Below, piece by piece: positions 23,201-38,200 of a stretch of DNA of 64,000 nt. The translations under genes were made by a program, and so were the position numbers. The notes under the pieces were generated by a model, which saw only the letters and a list, made by a program, of their open reading frames with translations, was not told the DNA's origin and ran no database searches. Origin of the DNA: Aplysia californica (Eukaryota); contig NW_004797391.1 in the NCBI RefSeq assembly GCF_000002075.1, positions 840,587 through 904,586 on the forward strand, written 5' to 3'. The first letter of the stretch is position 1. Every line of letters starts with the position of its first letter.

Positions 23201-26200
23201 GTTATATTGTGGATGGCCCTGGTTCTAATCTCCACTGGAACATTCTTTAACTTGGGAGTTGTCAAGGCTGACCAGTAATTTTGTTTGGTTCTGTCAGGAA
23301 TGGATCTTAAACCTGGAGGTCCCATCTCTTTAGTACCTTTAAAGTGATGAAAGGGATTTTAACACTAATTTACATATCAACCCACTGCTAAGTAAGCACA
23401 TTTGGTCTCATTTATTCTAAGATCCCTGAGCATATTTTTATCTCAGCTGTGAATAACAAGTTTTTACTTGGTTTGTGTTCAATAACTGTTACGATTTATA
23501 TTTGATACTGGATTTACTGGAAACAAAAGCTTCCTAACAAATATTAGTTTATGAGTAGTTTTTGGAAAAGTCGGGTAAGTCACAGTTTAAAAAAAAAAAG
23601 AGATTTTCCCCTCACTGCATTGTCTAAAGATTGTACTTTCTTCTCTACAAATGATCCCACGGAAAAGTGGGCTATGTCTTGTGCTGTGTAAAGTAAAAGA
23701 AAAGCTATACTGACTATGAGATACTGACTTTCACACTTTGAATTTCAATTTGCTCCACTTCTTTAAAAATGGGTTATTTAGGGGTTTTTTCCCCCTTGAG
23801 TCTTCATATCAAGTTAAGTTTCTTTTGTTTTTCAAGTTCAATGTATTACGACTTGAAGGTTTCTTTCCCCCTCCTCCCTTTTTATTTCAGGAGTCCATGG
23901 GACAACAGAATTGTTTGGCAGAGTTCTCATTTGCCTTCAAACTGGACGCTAAGGTTGACAAGGCAGATCCAGTGAAACTTGTGGTCAGTGGACACAAATA
24001 TAAGGAGGGAATAAGTGGAAAATACTAGCAGATTGGGTGGAGGTTACTTTCCAGACAAAGGAAAGTGTGTTTTATTTTGGTTGATTTATTTGAGATGGAG
24101 ATTCATTGTGTTGGGATTTTTTAGGTTTTTTAGGGTTTTTCTTTCCAGTGAGGGTAAGACTAATACTGTGTGTCATTTTTTATGAGATAAAGATTTAGTT
24201 GACAGACAGATTTTTATCTCCCACAGACTAACTTTAAAAATAAAGTAAAAAAGTTCACCTCCAGTCTGTGGGAGAGCCACTGGAAAAAACAGACAGGTAA
24301 CAAACTCCACAATATCAAACCCAAACTGGGACCACGAAATCCTTCATTTTTACTCGATTATGCATCGGACCCACGGCCCGAACACACAAATACTTGGTTC
24401 AGGGAGACGAGAAGCCGTTCTGTGTCGGATGCGACACAGATTTTACCATAAGACACATTTTAACCGAATGTCTAGACTTCGGAGAGATCTGAAGGAAATA
24501 CTTTAAATGCAAAAAATTGCAAGACATTTTTTCCGTCGTTGGTCCCAACAGAATTTGGGATTTTATGAAGGTCATTGGCCTTTATGGGAAATTGTAGAAC
24601 AAAATTGAATTATTAAAAATTTTTATGAAAGTTGTTTTAGATTGAAAATATATATTTACACCAAATTTTAAATATTTTAACGTTTTAAGATCAAATGACC
24701 CGAACCCAGCCGTACAGTGAACTGCGAATAAAACTAACTTGTGTTTCATGCACTCATATGACCTTATGCTGTTGGGAGCGCCATAAAACCCCATACTATA
24801 CATACAGATTTATATTTCTTATTTTTAATGGTAAATTGCATGAATTTATCTCCATGAATTTATAGTGCTGTCTCTGATTCACGAACAAATCAAAATCAAT
24901 TGACTTAGTTTATGTTAAAAAGTTCACTTCCAATTTTGTTTCTTCAGGCACGCATTCTTCTCACGAACAATTAATAGATGAATTAACTTTTCTCATTATC
25001 TTTATACTTTTTCTGAGAACATTTAGAAAGTTTGGTTATAATCCAACAAAACCTGGTGAGAAGGGTTAAGAGTGAGAACACCTTATGTGATAGCTCTTTT
25101 TTTTATACGGCACTGATGATACTAGGTTTGTAAAAATGTCACTTATTTATCAATTTCCTTACACAGGTCTGTTTACGTGCAGAACTCTTACTCTTTTGCA
25201 GGACTTGAAAACTGTAATAGCCAAACCACAGATGATGATCACAGAAGGTGAGTTTCAGATTTCTACAGTGTTTGTTATAAGTGATACAGTGATTTGAAAA
25301 AATCAGGATGGGGGCAGTATTGTGGTGACCAGTGATGGTGTGTTTGCATTGTCTGTATCGCGATGTTGTGTCTTATGGTGATGTTGATGTAACATTTTAA
25401 TTCTTGTATGTATTTATGTGTTACGCACCTTAACTCTTTATCTCCGAAGAGGGTAAACCCACTATCCTGGGGCCCTCTTCTGGTACGAAATCTAAAATTT
25501 ACATATTCGCCACTAAATTGGTCATTAAATCAAAACAAGTGAATTTATTTCGATAGTTTTTGATCTTTTGAATGAACTCTTGGCTAAAGAGACCTGTTTT
25601 TTGCAACAGCCCCCCAAAAAATTATTGTTGAAGACGTCGTAAAGGAATATGCCCGAGCCGCTGCCAGTGGTTCCGACCGGGTGTTGCTGGAAGCGGCTTA
25701 CCGGAGATAAAGAGTTAATGTATACCAAATTTCCCCACATGATCAATACTTTACTTTTCCGATCCAGCGGCCATTTGGGTTCTGGCCCTTCAGTCTGTCG
25801 ATATGGCAAAGAATTTACTGGTTTTACCACTTGGTCAATAAAAGTGGCTATCCTGTAGCTCAGTTGGTGTCATGCTGGACTACGGAGTACCCACTATCGG
25901 TTGGTAGGGAATGTTTGTTATTTACAATTGCCTTGTGCCCGCGTAATATTAAAGAAAATAATGTAATTACATCCTATATAGAACTGGAATTGGTAAATCA
26001 TTTCACATCCTTAAAAAAGTAGACAATGGATGTTTTCAGGTTTCCTTCAGAATTTGCAAATGATAGATCATCGCCGCCTCAGCCTTGTTGATGTTACCAT
26101 GGAAACCATTCAGCCTGCAGCAACCTTTGCAGCTGACCCCGAAGCTGAATTTGGTCAGAGATACGAACACTGGCCCAATGACACCATGTTTTCAAAGCTG

Positions 26201-29200
26201 AAACTGTTTGAGAAGTTGGTAAGTTCATAACTTGTACCACCCTTTTGGTCCTGGGAAAAAAAGGGGGAAATCATGTGATATCACTGGGTTTTAAATTTGA
26301 CAACCACAAAGGAGACGAGGCTGAGAGTATTAGAGATATTGCTTCAGAAATGGAAAGTGAAAGATTCAAGACTGTCAGAAATGTAAAATGGATGATCTAA
26401 TAAAAGTATTTATTCTTTGAATAAAGAGAGATAAAGACTAAGAGTGGTAATTAATTCATGTGGCATCGGTGGCCTTGTGGTTAAGCTACCAGACTGGTAA
26501 TCGTGAGGTTGCCTGTTCGGGGGTTCAAGCCGCTGTCCCGACGTTGTGTCCTTGGGAAAGGCACTTTACAAAAATTTTCCTCACATCACCCAGATGGAAA
26601 TGGGTACACAGCAATAGACAGTGAAAGATCTTGTCAGTATGTTAGTGTTTTAGTGCCTATAAATGGCCGCTTGCCCTGTATGCTTCCCAGGAAGTTGAGA
26701 TTGTTTCAGAATGCTTTCAGGTCTGCTGGGGTAAATGTATGAATTGTGAAGCACATAGAGCTTACTGTTGAGTGGGGTTTTGCGCTATACAAATGCTATG
26801 TATTATTATTATTATTATGTACGAACCATTCAATATCCTTTTTCGGCTTCAGTCAGAAATTAATTTTTAAAATGCAGAAGAAAGATCATGAAAAGTTAAC
26901 AAATTCTTTGTTCATCAATTTTATTTGTCAGATTGTTTATTGCAGAACATGAAATAAATCAATATATTGGACAAACAGCATTTCTTGTTTGTTTTTTTCA
27001 CTTACAGTTAATTTTAAAATCTAAAACATTGTACATTTTGTCAGAACTGCTAAACACGAAAGCACCAATTTATAGGAATGGGCAGGTCACACAAAAAAGC
27101 ATCATTATGTTGGAAGAAAATATAGTTCCCTATTTTTCTGATGAAAGAGCATGTTGCTTTATAAGTCATGATTCATTAATCATTTTTTGTTTAGGGTTTT
27201 GAATTAAGGGCTTATGTTTGTTTATTTTTTTTTAATTTTGTCGTTGAACGGTTGAGATTCTTTGCATTATAACTGTTTATGTTTTGAAAACTACAAGCAC
27301 CTTCGCCCTAAATATTATGTTCCTCAGAAAACTGCTCATGTTTGAAACGTGACTTTTTTGCATATCTTGAAAGATTTGGGTTTATTTTTTGGGTGCTTTT
27401 TAAAAATATTTTTTTGGGTAGCATTTTACCCTTTATTTTAGAGACATTGGAGCAGTTATCTTCTTTCCATAGGCAAAGTCTGAATGATGATAGGTTTTGA
27501 GAAGCTGGCTTTTAAGATAATCCAGGATGAGGCTACATAAATAGTGAATAGAAAGATGCACACTCCATCTCTTTGTGTTGCTAAAGTATTCATACTATAT
27601 GGATTTTTGGGAAAGGCATTGAAGTTCCATTTTGTTTGGTATGTTACAGTGGCTTGTTTGTGTGAAAAAAAAGTGTCTGTCCCCTGGCGGAAACATTGTC
27701 AAATTTTAGCTAAATATGTCCTCTGTCCTTAAACTTATTTGGAAAAAATATTTAGAATAGTATTTGACCGATATGTTTTTAGATTATGATATAAAGATGT
27801 CAGGATTAAAAAAAACAAAAAAACTAGACCAATTTTAAATGGTACCTCCTATAATTTTCTGCACCTGCTTAAAGGTTTTCGTACATATTTGCTTCCAGGT
27901 AGTCGCTTTCTCTCAAGATATGCAAGCTTATGTTAACCAGTACATTTCTATGCCTTTGCATATACATTTTAAGTTTTTGTCTGAGGCTCATTTTCTTGAA
28001 CAATGTTTAGTGGGTTAAGTTTGAAGATGTTTTTGGCAGAGCAATAATTTCTCATTTTTTTCCCCAGCAAATTGTCAGCTTTGATATATCAGACCTGGAC
28101 GTAAAAATCGTACGAGAAACAAAACAAAGGTATGCTATGCCTATTGACAGTAAGTGTCGTAAACTGCACAAGTCTGAAATTAGGTCAAGTTTTACTTTTG
28201 TCTGGAAAGATAATTGGAACTCCTTATGCATCATGTGTTAATATTTGCAAATTTACTGAGTAAAATTTACAAAATGCGACATCGGCCCAAAATGTCTGTG
28301 TCTATTTTCTAGCTCACTTGACAACTTGCATGCTGTTTTCCTTGAAAGAAGTCATTTCAGACTTTTATGATTTGTGGCTGTTACCATCAATACGTTTACC
28401 TGAGGAGGACCCAGTTTATTGGACATACTAGCAAAATGGGGATTTTTAATTGTAGAATTTGAAATAAGATAAAATGAGACTCTACACGACTCTTTTCCTT
28501 TTTACTGCTATGTTGTAAAAGCTGGCAGTTAAAAGGCTTGGTTATCTTTTTTGCTCATGATACTTCTTGACAAGACAAGGTGTACTGTTAGCTTCTTTGG
28601 TATCATGATGAGGCACAGCATCATATGTATATTTATATGCATGTAGGATTTTGAGTATCTCTGTAAAATGTGATTTTGTCCATTTTCGCATGGAATAAAA
28701 TGCATAAATATGATAGTGAGTGTCTCTATTTTGTCTGATGTTATCCTTTTTCATAAGACACTACATATAGATGACGTTGTTGTTTTTACCAATCGCTACC
28801 ACCTATCTGTCCAATGCCATGTACTGATAAGTGCAGGTTTGCTGCGGTTGTTCCTTAGAGTTTGGTGTTAATGTTAGGTCTTGAAGGGCGAAGCAAAGCA
28901 ACATATTTATGTGGTGCCAATTTTATTTTTATCTCTCAGGAGTTTAGCTGTTTCATTGAAACTATTCCACATGGGTTTTCACAACCATTCCTTTCTACAA
29001 GCCACAGATGTGAACTGGAACATCTACATGGAAGGTTAGTGTCATTCTAAAATGCTTTCTCATAAGTTGATGTAAGTTGTGAAAGTTGTAACTCGACTGG
29101 ACACAGAAGTGTTTGACACTTAGCCAGTGATGTGTAATTGTTAAAAGTAGACTCGTCCTTCCATCTTGGTGCATGCCAAAATTCTGAAGGATTTTAATTA

Positions 29201-32200
29201 TCATTTTTGGCCGTCGCCAGTACTCTAAATGGACTCAATCTGGTTGCAATGAAAATGTTTATGTAATCTGTTACTTTGTGTCACGCGCTTTTTAAAGTTT
29301 TACACAAACTATGAAAGGTTATACGAAGCATTGTTTAATCCTGAAGCTTTCTAAGTATGAAGTAGATTATTATTTGGTTTTAAAAAATGTGTATATTGTA
29401 TAAGTAAGTATACTAATCTAGCATTTCTGTTTGAAAGATGAATGATGATTCATTTCCCTTTTTTTTTTGGTCTTTTGATTTGCCTGATATAACATTTAAT
29501 AATTAAACTCATGGAGTTGTATTTAGGACTTGTATATTTGAGCTTGTATTTAGGACTTGTATATGTGAGCTTGTATTCTTTAGTCTCAGTTCATCTGATT
29601 TTTTTTTCTGTCTTGTCTTTTGACCGCTTATCATCTTGATTTTGTGGGTGGTTGGCGGATGCTACTTGTCAGTCCTATTTCTTTTTTTTTCCCGTATGTA
29701 GTTTGTGTTTGTCTGTCTCACATTTTCCATACACCAGAGGGTTGTTGTAGAGTCAGTATTCTGCTTTTTACTCAAATTCTCAAATGCAAACTTTTGATTT
29801 GTCGTTCTCACCAGAATTTAGTACCAGTTCTATGCAAGCCAATTTTGCTGGGGTGTCAAAAGTGGGAGCAAAAGGACAAGTAAGTTCACAGTATTTCTTT
29901 TACCATATTTCTTTTTGTTACTGGTACAAATCATCATACATTTAGTGTTGATTCGATGTTTGGCTACTTTTGACCAGCAAATGCTTCTGCGTACTATTTA
30001 AATTTTGTGTCCAATAAAGCTATTATTTTAATGAATAAATTTGTAGGTTCTTGTAGTGTTGTTTTTGTTGCTCAGCACAGTGAACACTTTTCCTTATGGG
30101 CTGTAGAAGTGCAAACAATTTAATTATAAGTATTATTGTTACCGTTATCATTATTATCATTATTACTAAAATTATTATTACTATGATATAAAATTTATCA
30201 ATATTATGAAAACTCCCATTACAATCAAACTTCAAGAATGTTCTTTAAGGATTTTAAGCCAGGGTCACCTGTATCATCATCCAGCATGAAACTGAAAGAG
30301 GTAAAGATGTCTCAGATATCAGTAAATATATACACAATCTTCTAGAGAGATACATGAAGTCCGTACAATGTAGACACAGTGCCCTTGTGTGTGTGTTGAA
30401 GTGGTTAGGCTAGTTGCTGTTGCACATAAAAGAGATGACTTCGATTCCTATGTGGCAAAGTTATTTATTCGATTCTCAAAGTCTGCTTGCTGGGGGTGCT
30501 GTATCAAAGCCAACTTTGGAATGGACTTGGTGGTGGGTAGTTGGCGGCTGCTATGGTGTAGTTTGTTCTTTCTATCATCAAATACCTGTTTTTCTTATCT
30601 CTCCTCCTTTTTAGCGTTTGTTACTCTCTTGTAACACCTCGTATCTTTGGCACTTACATGACATAATTGTGTTGCAATTGCATAAAACTCTTTACTAAAA
30701 CAAACGTAAATTATGTCGATGAGGGCATAAAACATTTTATAATCAATTGACTGAGGTTTTTCTTGTGTTCCTCGACCAGCTGCTCCGTGACTCTGTCGAC
30801 TTGTTCCTGACGGTCACCTCGGGTTTTTTCCACTACCACCACGAGGAGGTGCAGTACTGGTTGTCTGTCTTCTCCAACATATTCCGGCTCCACCGGCGCA
30901 CCACACGGGAGAGACCCAGGCGGCCGTTGAGGCTGAAAAGAACGAAGTCTGTACCAAGGTGAGTACAGTCGGATCATATATGATCTGATTGTTCATTCTG
31001 ATTTGGTTTTGTATGGTCCTGTCTTTTTAACCAGCACCAAATGACCATCAGTGTGTAGACGTGCTTTTCTGTACTCAAACTGAACTAAAATACACGTATG
31101 TCTCAAAGGTGATCAGCTGTAGGTTCTTCCATCCATGATACAATTGATTTTTACATATATTTCGAGTCCATTTTCCATGTCAAATAAGGGTCCCTTTCCT
31201 TCCAAACAGCCATATATTTTTGAGGTGCCAATGCTGTTAACTTTTTGTGCTGGATAGTTTTGTGCTGGATAGTTTTGTGCTGGGATTTGCTTAACTTTGC
31301 CTGGCCAGTGGGATTGCAGTGGATGGCTGGAGGGAGCCTCCTGGTAGGTCAGACGTCTTCTCTTTCTCACTTATCGTTTTTGTTTAGCTATCTCTCAACA
31401 ACTTTTCTTGTTTTCCAGTCCAACCTTGCTGTCATGGATGGCCGGTCGTAACTTCTCTACAGTGGTTGAGGTCACTGACCTCTCCTCCACAGTCTCGTCT
31501 GCCGCATGCACTGGGCTCCACGCACAACTCACACAGGCCAAGGTCCATGCCACGCTCAAGCCAGGGTCTGGAGGTGAGTGGGAGAGTGAAAGAGGGATGG
31601 ATAGGGAAAGAGGGAAGGATAAATAGTGACATAGACAGAGAGAAATGGATGTGCAACGACTCACACTGACTAAGGTCCATTGCTATTCTCAAGGAAGAGG
31701 GAGGAAGAGAGGGGGGGAGGGGTAGAGAGAGAGACGGACAGAAAGATATGCATACCCAACTTGTACAGCTTAATGTGGAAAAGAGAGACAGAGAGTAAAA
31801 AAGGGAGATCAAGAATAAGAAAGAGAGACAAAGAGAGGAGGGTGGATACAAAGAGAAAGTGACAGAGGGAAGGAAGGAATCTAAATGTTCACCTCGTATA
31901 AGCCTCTGTTGGGACTCTGCTGAAGCCAAGATTTAGAGGTGCCACATTTCTTACCTGTCTTGGAATCTTTGTTGTTTTTTATGTGACCAAGAAAGTGACT
32001 AAACAAAAAAGAAAGAGAATGGTGGAGTCGGAGAAAGAGTGTAAAAATAAGTTTCAATATTTCATGGTGATGATTTACTTGAAACAAAATGGAGCTCATA
32101 TGTTTTTCGTACTGCCCACCAGCTGCTGCGGAAGGTGCTGAATGGTTTAGCTCGTACAACGCTAGCTGTGAAGTAGACATTCAGTCTGTCGGCTGCTGGC

Positions 32201-35200
32201 TTGTGGATGCTAAACCAACAGGCGAGCTGCCCTCTGGTCGCAAGCACTACTGGGGGCAGATACTATACCTGGGAATTTTGCTCATGAAGGTAATTACATA
32301 TATAAGTTTTGTTGTTCTTGTTGTTTTTTTGCAGGGTTGCTGAATATGAAAAATCTTTTTTCCTTTCAATTTTTTTATGTTGATGTGGAGGGAAAACTGC
32401 AAATTGTTTTGTTCTTTTGATTATCCCTGAAATGTCCCTTTTTCTAACTTGCTGACCAATATAGCTTTGTATTAGCAGCCAACATTTTTGTTTTAGTGTT
32501 TTAAATACCAGCACACTCCTGTCTATTTTGTATTTGTGTGATGGTTTTTTTCCCCCATAAATGTAAGTTCAGTTGCTATATTGTTGTATGGGTTTAACAC
32601 CCTTTTCAACACAGCAAGGTTGTGTAATGAAGGGACAATACCTCCAAATTTTGTCAATTAAGAAAAAAGAATACTTTGTTCTGTTTTTCTGTCTAGCCAT
32701 GATTTGTTCTTGTCTGACCATGATTTATTCTTCTGTCTGACTATTTGCCATGAAGGTGAAGAAATTTGGCACAGACCTCAAAGTGGAAGGCATGAAGGAC
32801 AATATTCAGCTTGAGTGGTCATCTGCTCTCCACAACGCCCTCACACTTCTGCTGAGCACACTGCGTAAAACATGGCCACTTCCTGCTGCGGGGAGCCAAA
32901 TGGGACACAGCGGTTCGGCTCAATCATCGGCGGAGGATGCAGTGCCACCGAGGCTGCTGGAGGAGAGGAGGGCATTCCACACCGTGAAATTTGACGTTTC
33001 CAACATCAATGTATTTGTCACAAATAGCGTCGGAGGTGAGCCCTGTTCTATTCCGCTTGGTTGTATGTTAATAATAATGATATTTTACATTCATGATATA
33101 TGTTGTAATTTGAATATAAATAATAAATTAGAATAAAGATAAACAATTATTAAAGTAAATTGCAGTCATTTAGCACATATCTTAGGTTCTATGTGCTTTA
33201 CAATTCATTGTTACCCCAACAGACTCTGAAACATTCCAAAACTGTCAGCTTTCTGAAAGAGTTAGTGCACACAGCCAGTTTACAGGAGTTCAAACTCTAA
33301 CAAGCTGACATGATCTTTCGCTGTATTAAGGCGGGTAACCATTCTCTCATGGGTGACATGAGGGAAGTTCATGTACAATGCCCCAGGATTACAACATCTG
33401 ATCCAGATCAGGATTTGAATCTATGACTTATGGTTGTGAGTCCAGCAGAGCTAAAAAAAAAATCAAAAGTGAAATTAAGGGATTTATAGAGGGAGAACTA
33501 TAAAATGTCTCTCAAACATTATTTTGTTTCTATAATTTACAATTATATCTCAAGGATGGTGATAGGCTTCGGGGGGGTTTTTGGTGATAAATTTTTGGTC
33601 ACCCAGTCTTTTGTTTACCTTGACCAAACTGTAATTTCCATGTAGTACAAGGAGGAGGGATGTTTGATAATCAGCTGTTATATCAGCAAAGGGCATAGCT
33701 CCCCCTTTGGTGAAGTGCTCTTCTGCATTACTATGTCTGGATTGTATGGGCAGCATCTTTTCAAAGATGGATGCAGAGTACAACTGGTAGATCCTTTTTC
33801 TTTACTATCCCTTTTTTTCTCTCTGTCTGTCTTGCTTTTCTCCACACTTAAGGATCATCATTGTGCTTCTCTCAACTCAAACAAAAAGCTTCTTTTTTTC
33901 AGTAATTACTATATCTTCACACTTCTACGTATGATTATGTATTGAATAAAGGCTCAGTCTAGCAGTTGTAACAGCAGTAAAAAGACACCTGGAAGTCCAC
34001 ACTGAGAGGATCCCACCTCATTCAAAATTGTCTATTTGTGTCTTGTTAGATTGTTAATCTTGTACTTGCAAAAAGTTCAATGACTTATGGTCTTTTTCGG
34101 TTCCAGCCAGCGTCATGCTACGAGTGGACAGTGTTGCTGTCCAGCACAGCCCATCACAGAGCATCCTGACTGTAGATGGAACCAAAGTTCAATATATTAT
34201 CTGTGATAAACAGGTAGCAAAAAATGTTCTATAGTAATTCTTCAACTTCAAGCAATGTTTTCAGTTTTTATCAAACTTTAACAATTTTGTAATATTTTGC
34301 AGGTGTTTCTTATTCATGGTAGGTAGTTTTACAACCATAAATATTTCTGGAAAAGGCTGTATTATACTCAGTTGAACCTGCTTCAGTGACCACCTGTCCA
34401 AGACAAGCAACTATTTCCCACTTTTCCCCTTGGGTTTTAAAAATATTATAATGGCAGTGTCCAGGAGGACCACCTGTCTAAGATGACCACTTTTCTTCTG
34501 GGCAATGGTTGGATGGATTTATATTTGTCAATCTTATGAGCTTGTACGCCTTTTAGTCGATTAAAGCACTTCTGTTTTGGTTGATTCTATATTATGTTCA
34601 TGATTCATCTGCTTCAGTTTTTTCGGCGATGTACCAAACCATTGTGTGGATAAGACTCTTGTTAGCTTTACACTTATGTAATTATACTTCCAGTTGTGAC
34701 TAATTCAATAATACCTGTAAACAAGAGGGTCAATGTACAATATTACCTGTGAACAAGTTAACATGTTGTCTGAAATATCATTTCTAAGAAATTGACCCTC
34801 GTACTTATATAAATTGTTACTGTTTTGAAAACTAACGCTTAGAGGGGCTGACTACTGTTCATTCTGTCTGATGTTTTGTGAGTGTATTATTTGTTCAGTT
34901 CGCAAGGTAATGGACTGCTATACTTAATTTGTTTAAAGTTTTTTTGACCCGCTATCCCTTCCTATCAGAAATGAAAATGGCTTGAAGATCTTCTCTCTGT
35001 AAGGACAGAAACTGTATTGAAAATGGGGGAAAACCTCAAATGTGAAGTCAATTGTCCTATCTATGTTATGCAGTACTTATTGCTGTCAAGGGAATTTTCT
35101 TACCCCTGTTTGACCCTGCTACTAAGCATGGGCAAAAAAATCATTGAACTTAACTCATTTTCCTTGTAAAAGCAAAGATTATTCTGTGGTCATGCTTTTC

Positions 35201-38200
35201 TTCCCAGTGGTTTAGTACTGTTTGACATTATTCATTATTGTTTGAGTGGTAATGTTATCTTGTAGTGCTGTAAATTTCACGACTAAAGAGGATGTGTTAA
35301 TTTATCTTTTCTCTCTCTTTCTTTCCTCCCCTCTCTGGTGCAGTACTTTCCCCTCAAACGTTCCACGGATATTCCAGAGCCAGTTGCCCATGTTCATCAA
35401 ATCAAGGTCAAGTACTCTCCTGCCAACAAGGTGAGATTACTTCTTTTACAGGTTTTCAGTCTCACAGAACTGAGAAGCTGACACCTATGGAAATGTCCTG
35501 ACATCATTTCATCAGCTGATCATTTACAAAAATTGGGGGAGTGTTGCGGACAAGAAGCCAGGGATGATTAATTTTAGATGATTGTAAATGTTTTATGCAT
35601 CATGACACAATTTAGATCGTTTTGGGCATTTTGGAGGTGGAATGCATCAGTTTTACTTGTTGGGACCAACTTGGGCTGAAAGAGATAAAGCATAACAGCA
35701 GGGAGATATACTTGATAAGCTTCCTTTCGTGCTTTTTTACATGTATATTTTATGAAAGCCCTGAATTTCTTCCGATGGAGGATTAAGAAAATATATTTAA
35801 TTTGATCTTTTCTCATTCAATATTTCCTTACTTTTTGTCCATCTTCTAGGAGTGCCGCGTCCACATTCTTCAGAACCTGAACGTCCGCTGGACTCCGGAG
35901 GTCCATCTTTGTCTCATCAGTGGCCTACAGGATGCCCGTGCTCTGCACACGCGTATCATGGTGCCTGAAGCTGGTAAGTCGCTACCTTAAAATTACAACA
36001 GTACCCAGTTTTGAGAAATTTAATGTAAAAAAATTTGTTCCACAACATGTAAAGCTTTTTGGAATGCAATTCTTTGAATATTTTGATAATGACTCCGTAT
36101 AATCCTACGATTTTGATAGAACAAATAGAACTTTTGGTTTCTGACTTATAGGTTTTAGTAAATCAAAATAGCCAAAAATGTCAGATAGAACTTAGTAATT
36201 CTAAGGTAGCGAAGTGTCTTAGTGTGTCATTATACGTGAAGCTGATACATGTCTGATTGTTTCAGGATGCTGGAAGCTGGTAAGTGTAGATTTCTGATTG
36301 TGTCAAGTGCAAAAAGCTGATAAATGGAGAGGGCTGACTGAAGGAGTTGTGTTCTTTCAAAAATAACCGTAACTGTGAAGGGTAAAAATTAATAAAAAGT
36401 AAGTAAACCTAATATAATATGATTAATGATTAGAGATAAATCAAGAAGTGGAACAAACATGGATTAGGAAGCAATGCAAATTCAATTCATATGAAGTAAA
36501 ATCTCTGCTGAGGTCACGTCCCTCTTGAAGGCATGTTTTATTATCCATTTATAATTTTTTTTTAAATGGATGTTGTTATTATGATGTGTTGTCCCTTTCA
36601 GAGGCAACTGGCACCAGCCCACCTGGGCAAGGTCCCTCCCCTTCTTCTGACCCACCAGCTAGCAGCAAATCGTCTGTATCCATCAACATCCTAATGCTGG
36701 CTGACATCAGTTTTGAGGCCAAGTTGTCCAGACAACACACGTGAGTAATGCAAGAATACAAGTTTGGGTTTAGTTTTAGGCTACTGCTCCTTTTGGCACA
36801 ATTTGAGTTATTTCAGAATGGTGTTGGTTGGCCCTAGAAGGATAGAATGTTCAAGAACGACTGATCTTGATTTTGTTTTCATAAGTGCATACTAAGTTTT
36901 GTAAGATAAGTGATTCAACAACTTTTAATAAAAATGTCCTGTTTGTATTGGTTTAACACCCCTTTTAACACAATGTGGTCGTTTAAAAAGCCAGACTTCC
37001 GAATTGAAGGTCATGACTAGTAGGATAAAGCCAAATGGGTTGAGAGCTATGAAAACTATTATAAACAACCAAGTTCAAGAGCATCTCATTGGGGATTTGA
37101 ACCATAGCCATATGCACCACAACCCTGTATAATACCAACTGTGCTAAGGATGTGCTAACAATTTTTCAAAGGCAATGTACACTTTTGTTGTCTTGTTATA
37201 AAAACAATTTTCTTGCAGTGAAACGTGTCCGCACAGAAGTATTATGTTTGAAAAATGGAGAAAAATATGTTTATTTCTCAGGCTGTCAGTGTACACTCAG
37301 AACCTCCTTGTGACCATGACCTTGCCTGACATTCTAATGGAGGTCAAGGACTTCAATATCAAATGTGATGGCCACAGTATTTTCAGCATAACTGTAAGTA
37401 TTTCAGTGCCTTTGTTGCAAATTGGTCATGTGATTGGAAAACCATGCAGTAGTGTAAATCTAGCACTTGACCCCAAACAATTGTGCTCACAATGCTTCCC
37501 TTTTGAAAGCTGACAAACTCAAACTCCTGTAAATTTTTTTTTACTTACATAGTTCAGTATATGTATTAATTATAGTAATTATAAAGATCACTTTGTGGGT
37601 GGTTGGCAGATGCTTTGGTGTGGTTTGCTCTTTATTTCCTGTCAAACCTCTATAGTTCTTATCTCTCCCCCTTCTGTTTGTATGTTACTTTCTAGTAACC
37701 CATCTAATCTTCAGCATGTATGTGATGTCATCGTGTTGCTTGTGCCATAAAATCTTACTAACAACTAAGATCACTTCTGTAGCATCCACTACCTGTTAAC
37801 TCACTTGCGACTGGGCCCTTTCACCAGTCACAAGCGTTGAAGAGTGGCGTTTTTGGGGGTATTTCAATAAATCACCACAACTCTCAGAATTACCCTATTG
37901 TAATCATTTTTTGACACAGTAAAGTAACATTCAAGCTTAATTTAATACAAAAAACTAAAGTTGTCTAAGTCTAATACTTTAATTTGTATGATTTTTTAAA
38001 AATTGGCATGAATTTGATTTTCCGAAAAATTTCCAAAGACGTGACAAGTAGAATGAAATTCACTGCAACAACAAAAATAAAAGTTCAAAGTGTTCTGGTT
38101 TGATTTGTATACATGTGCGAGTGTTTGGTGAAAATATAAAAGCTGGTCTGTGCATTGATTCAGACCCATACACTGAATTACATGAGACAGATGTACGGCA

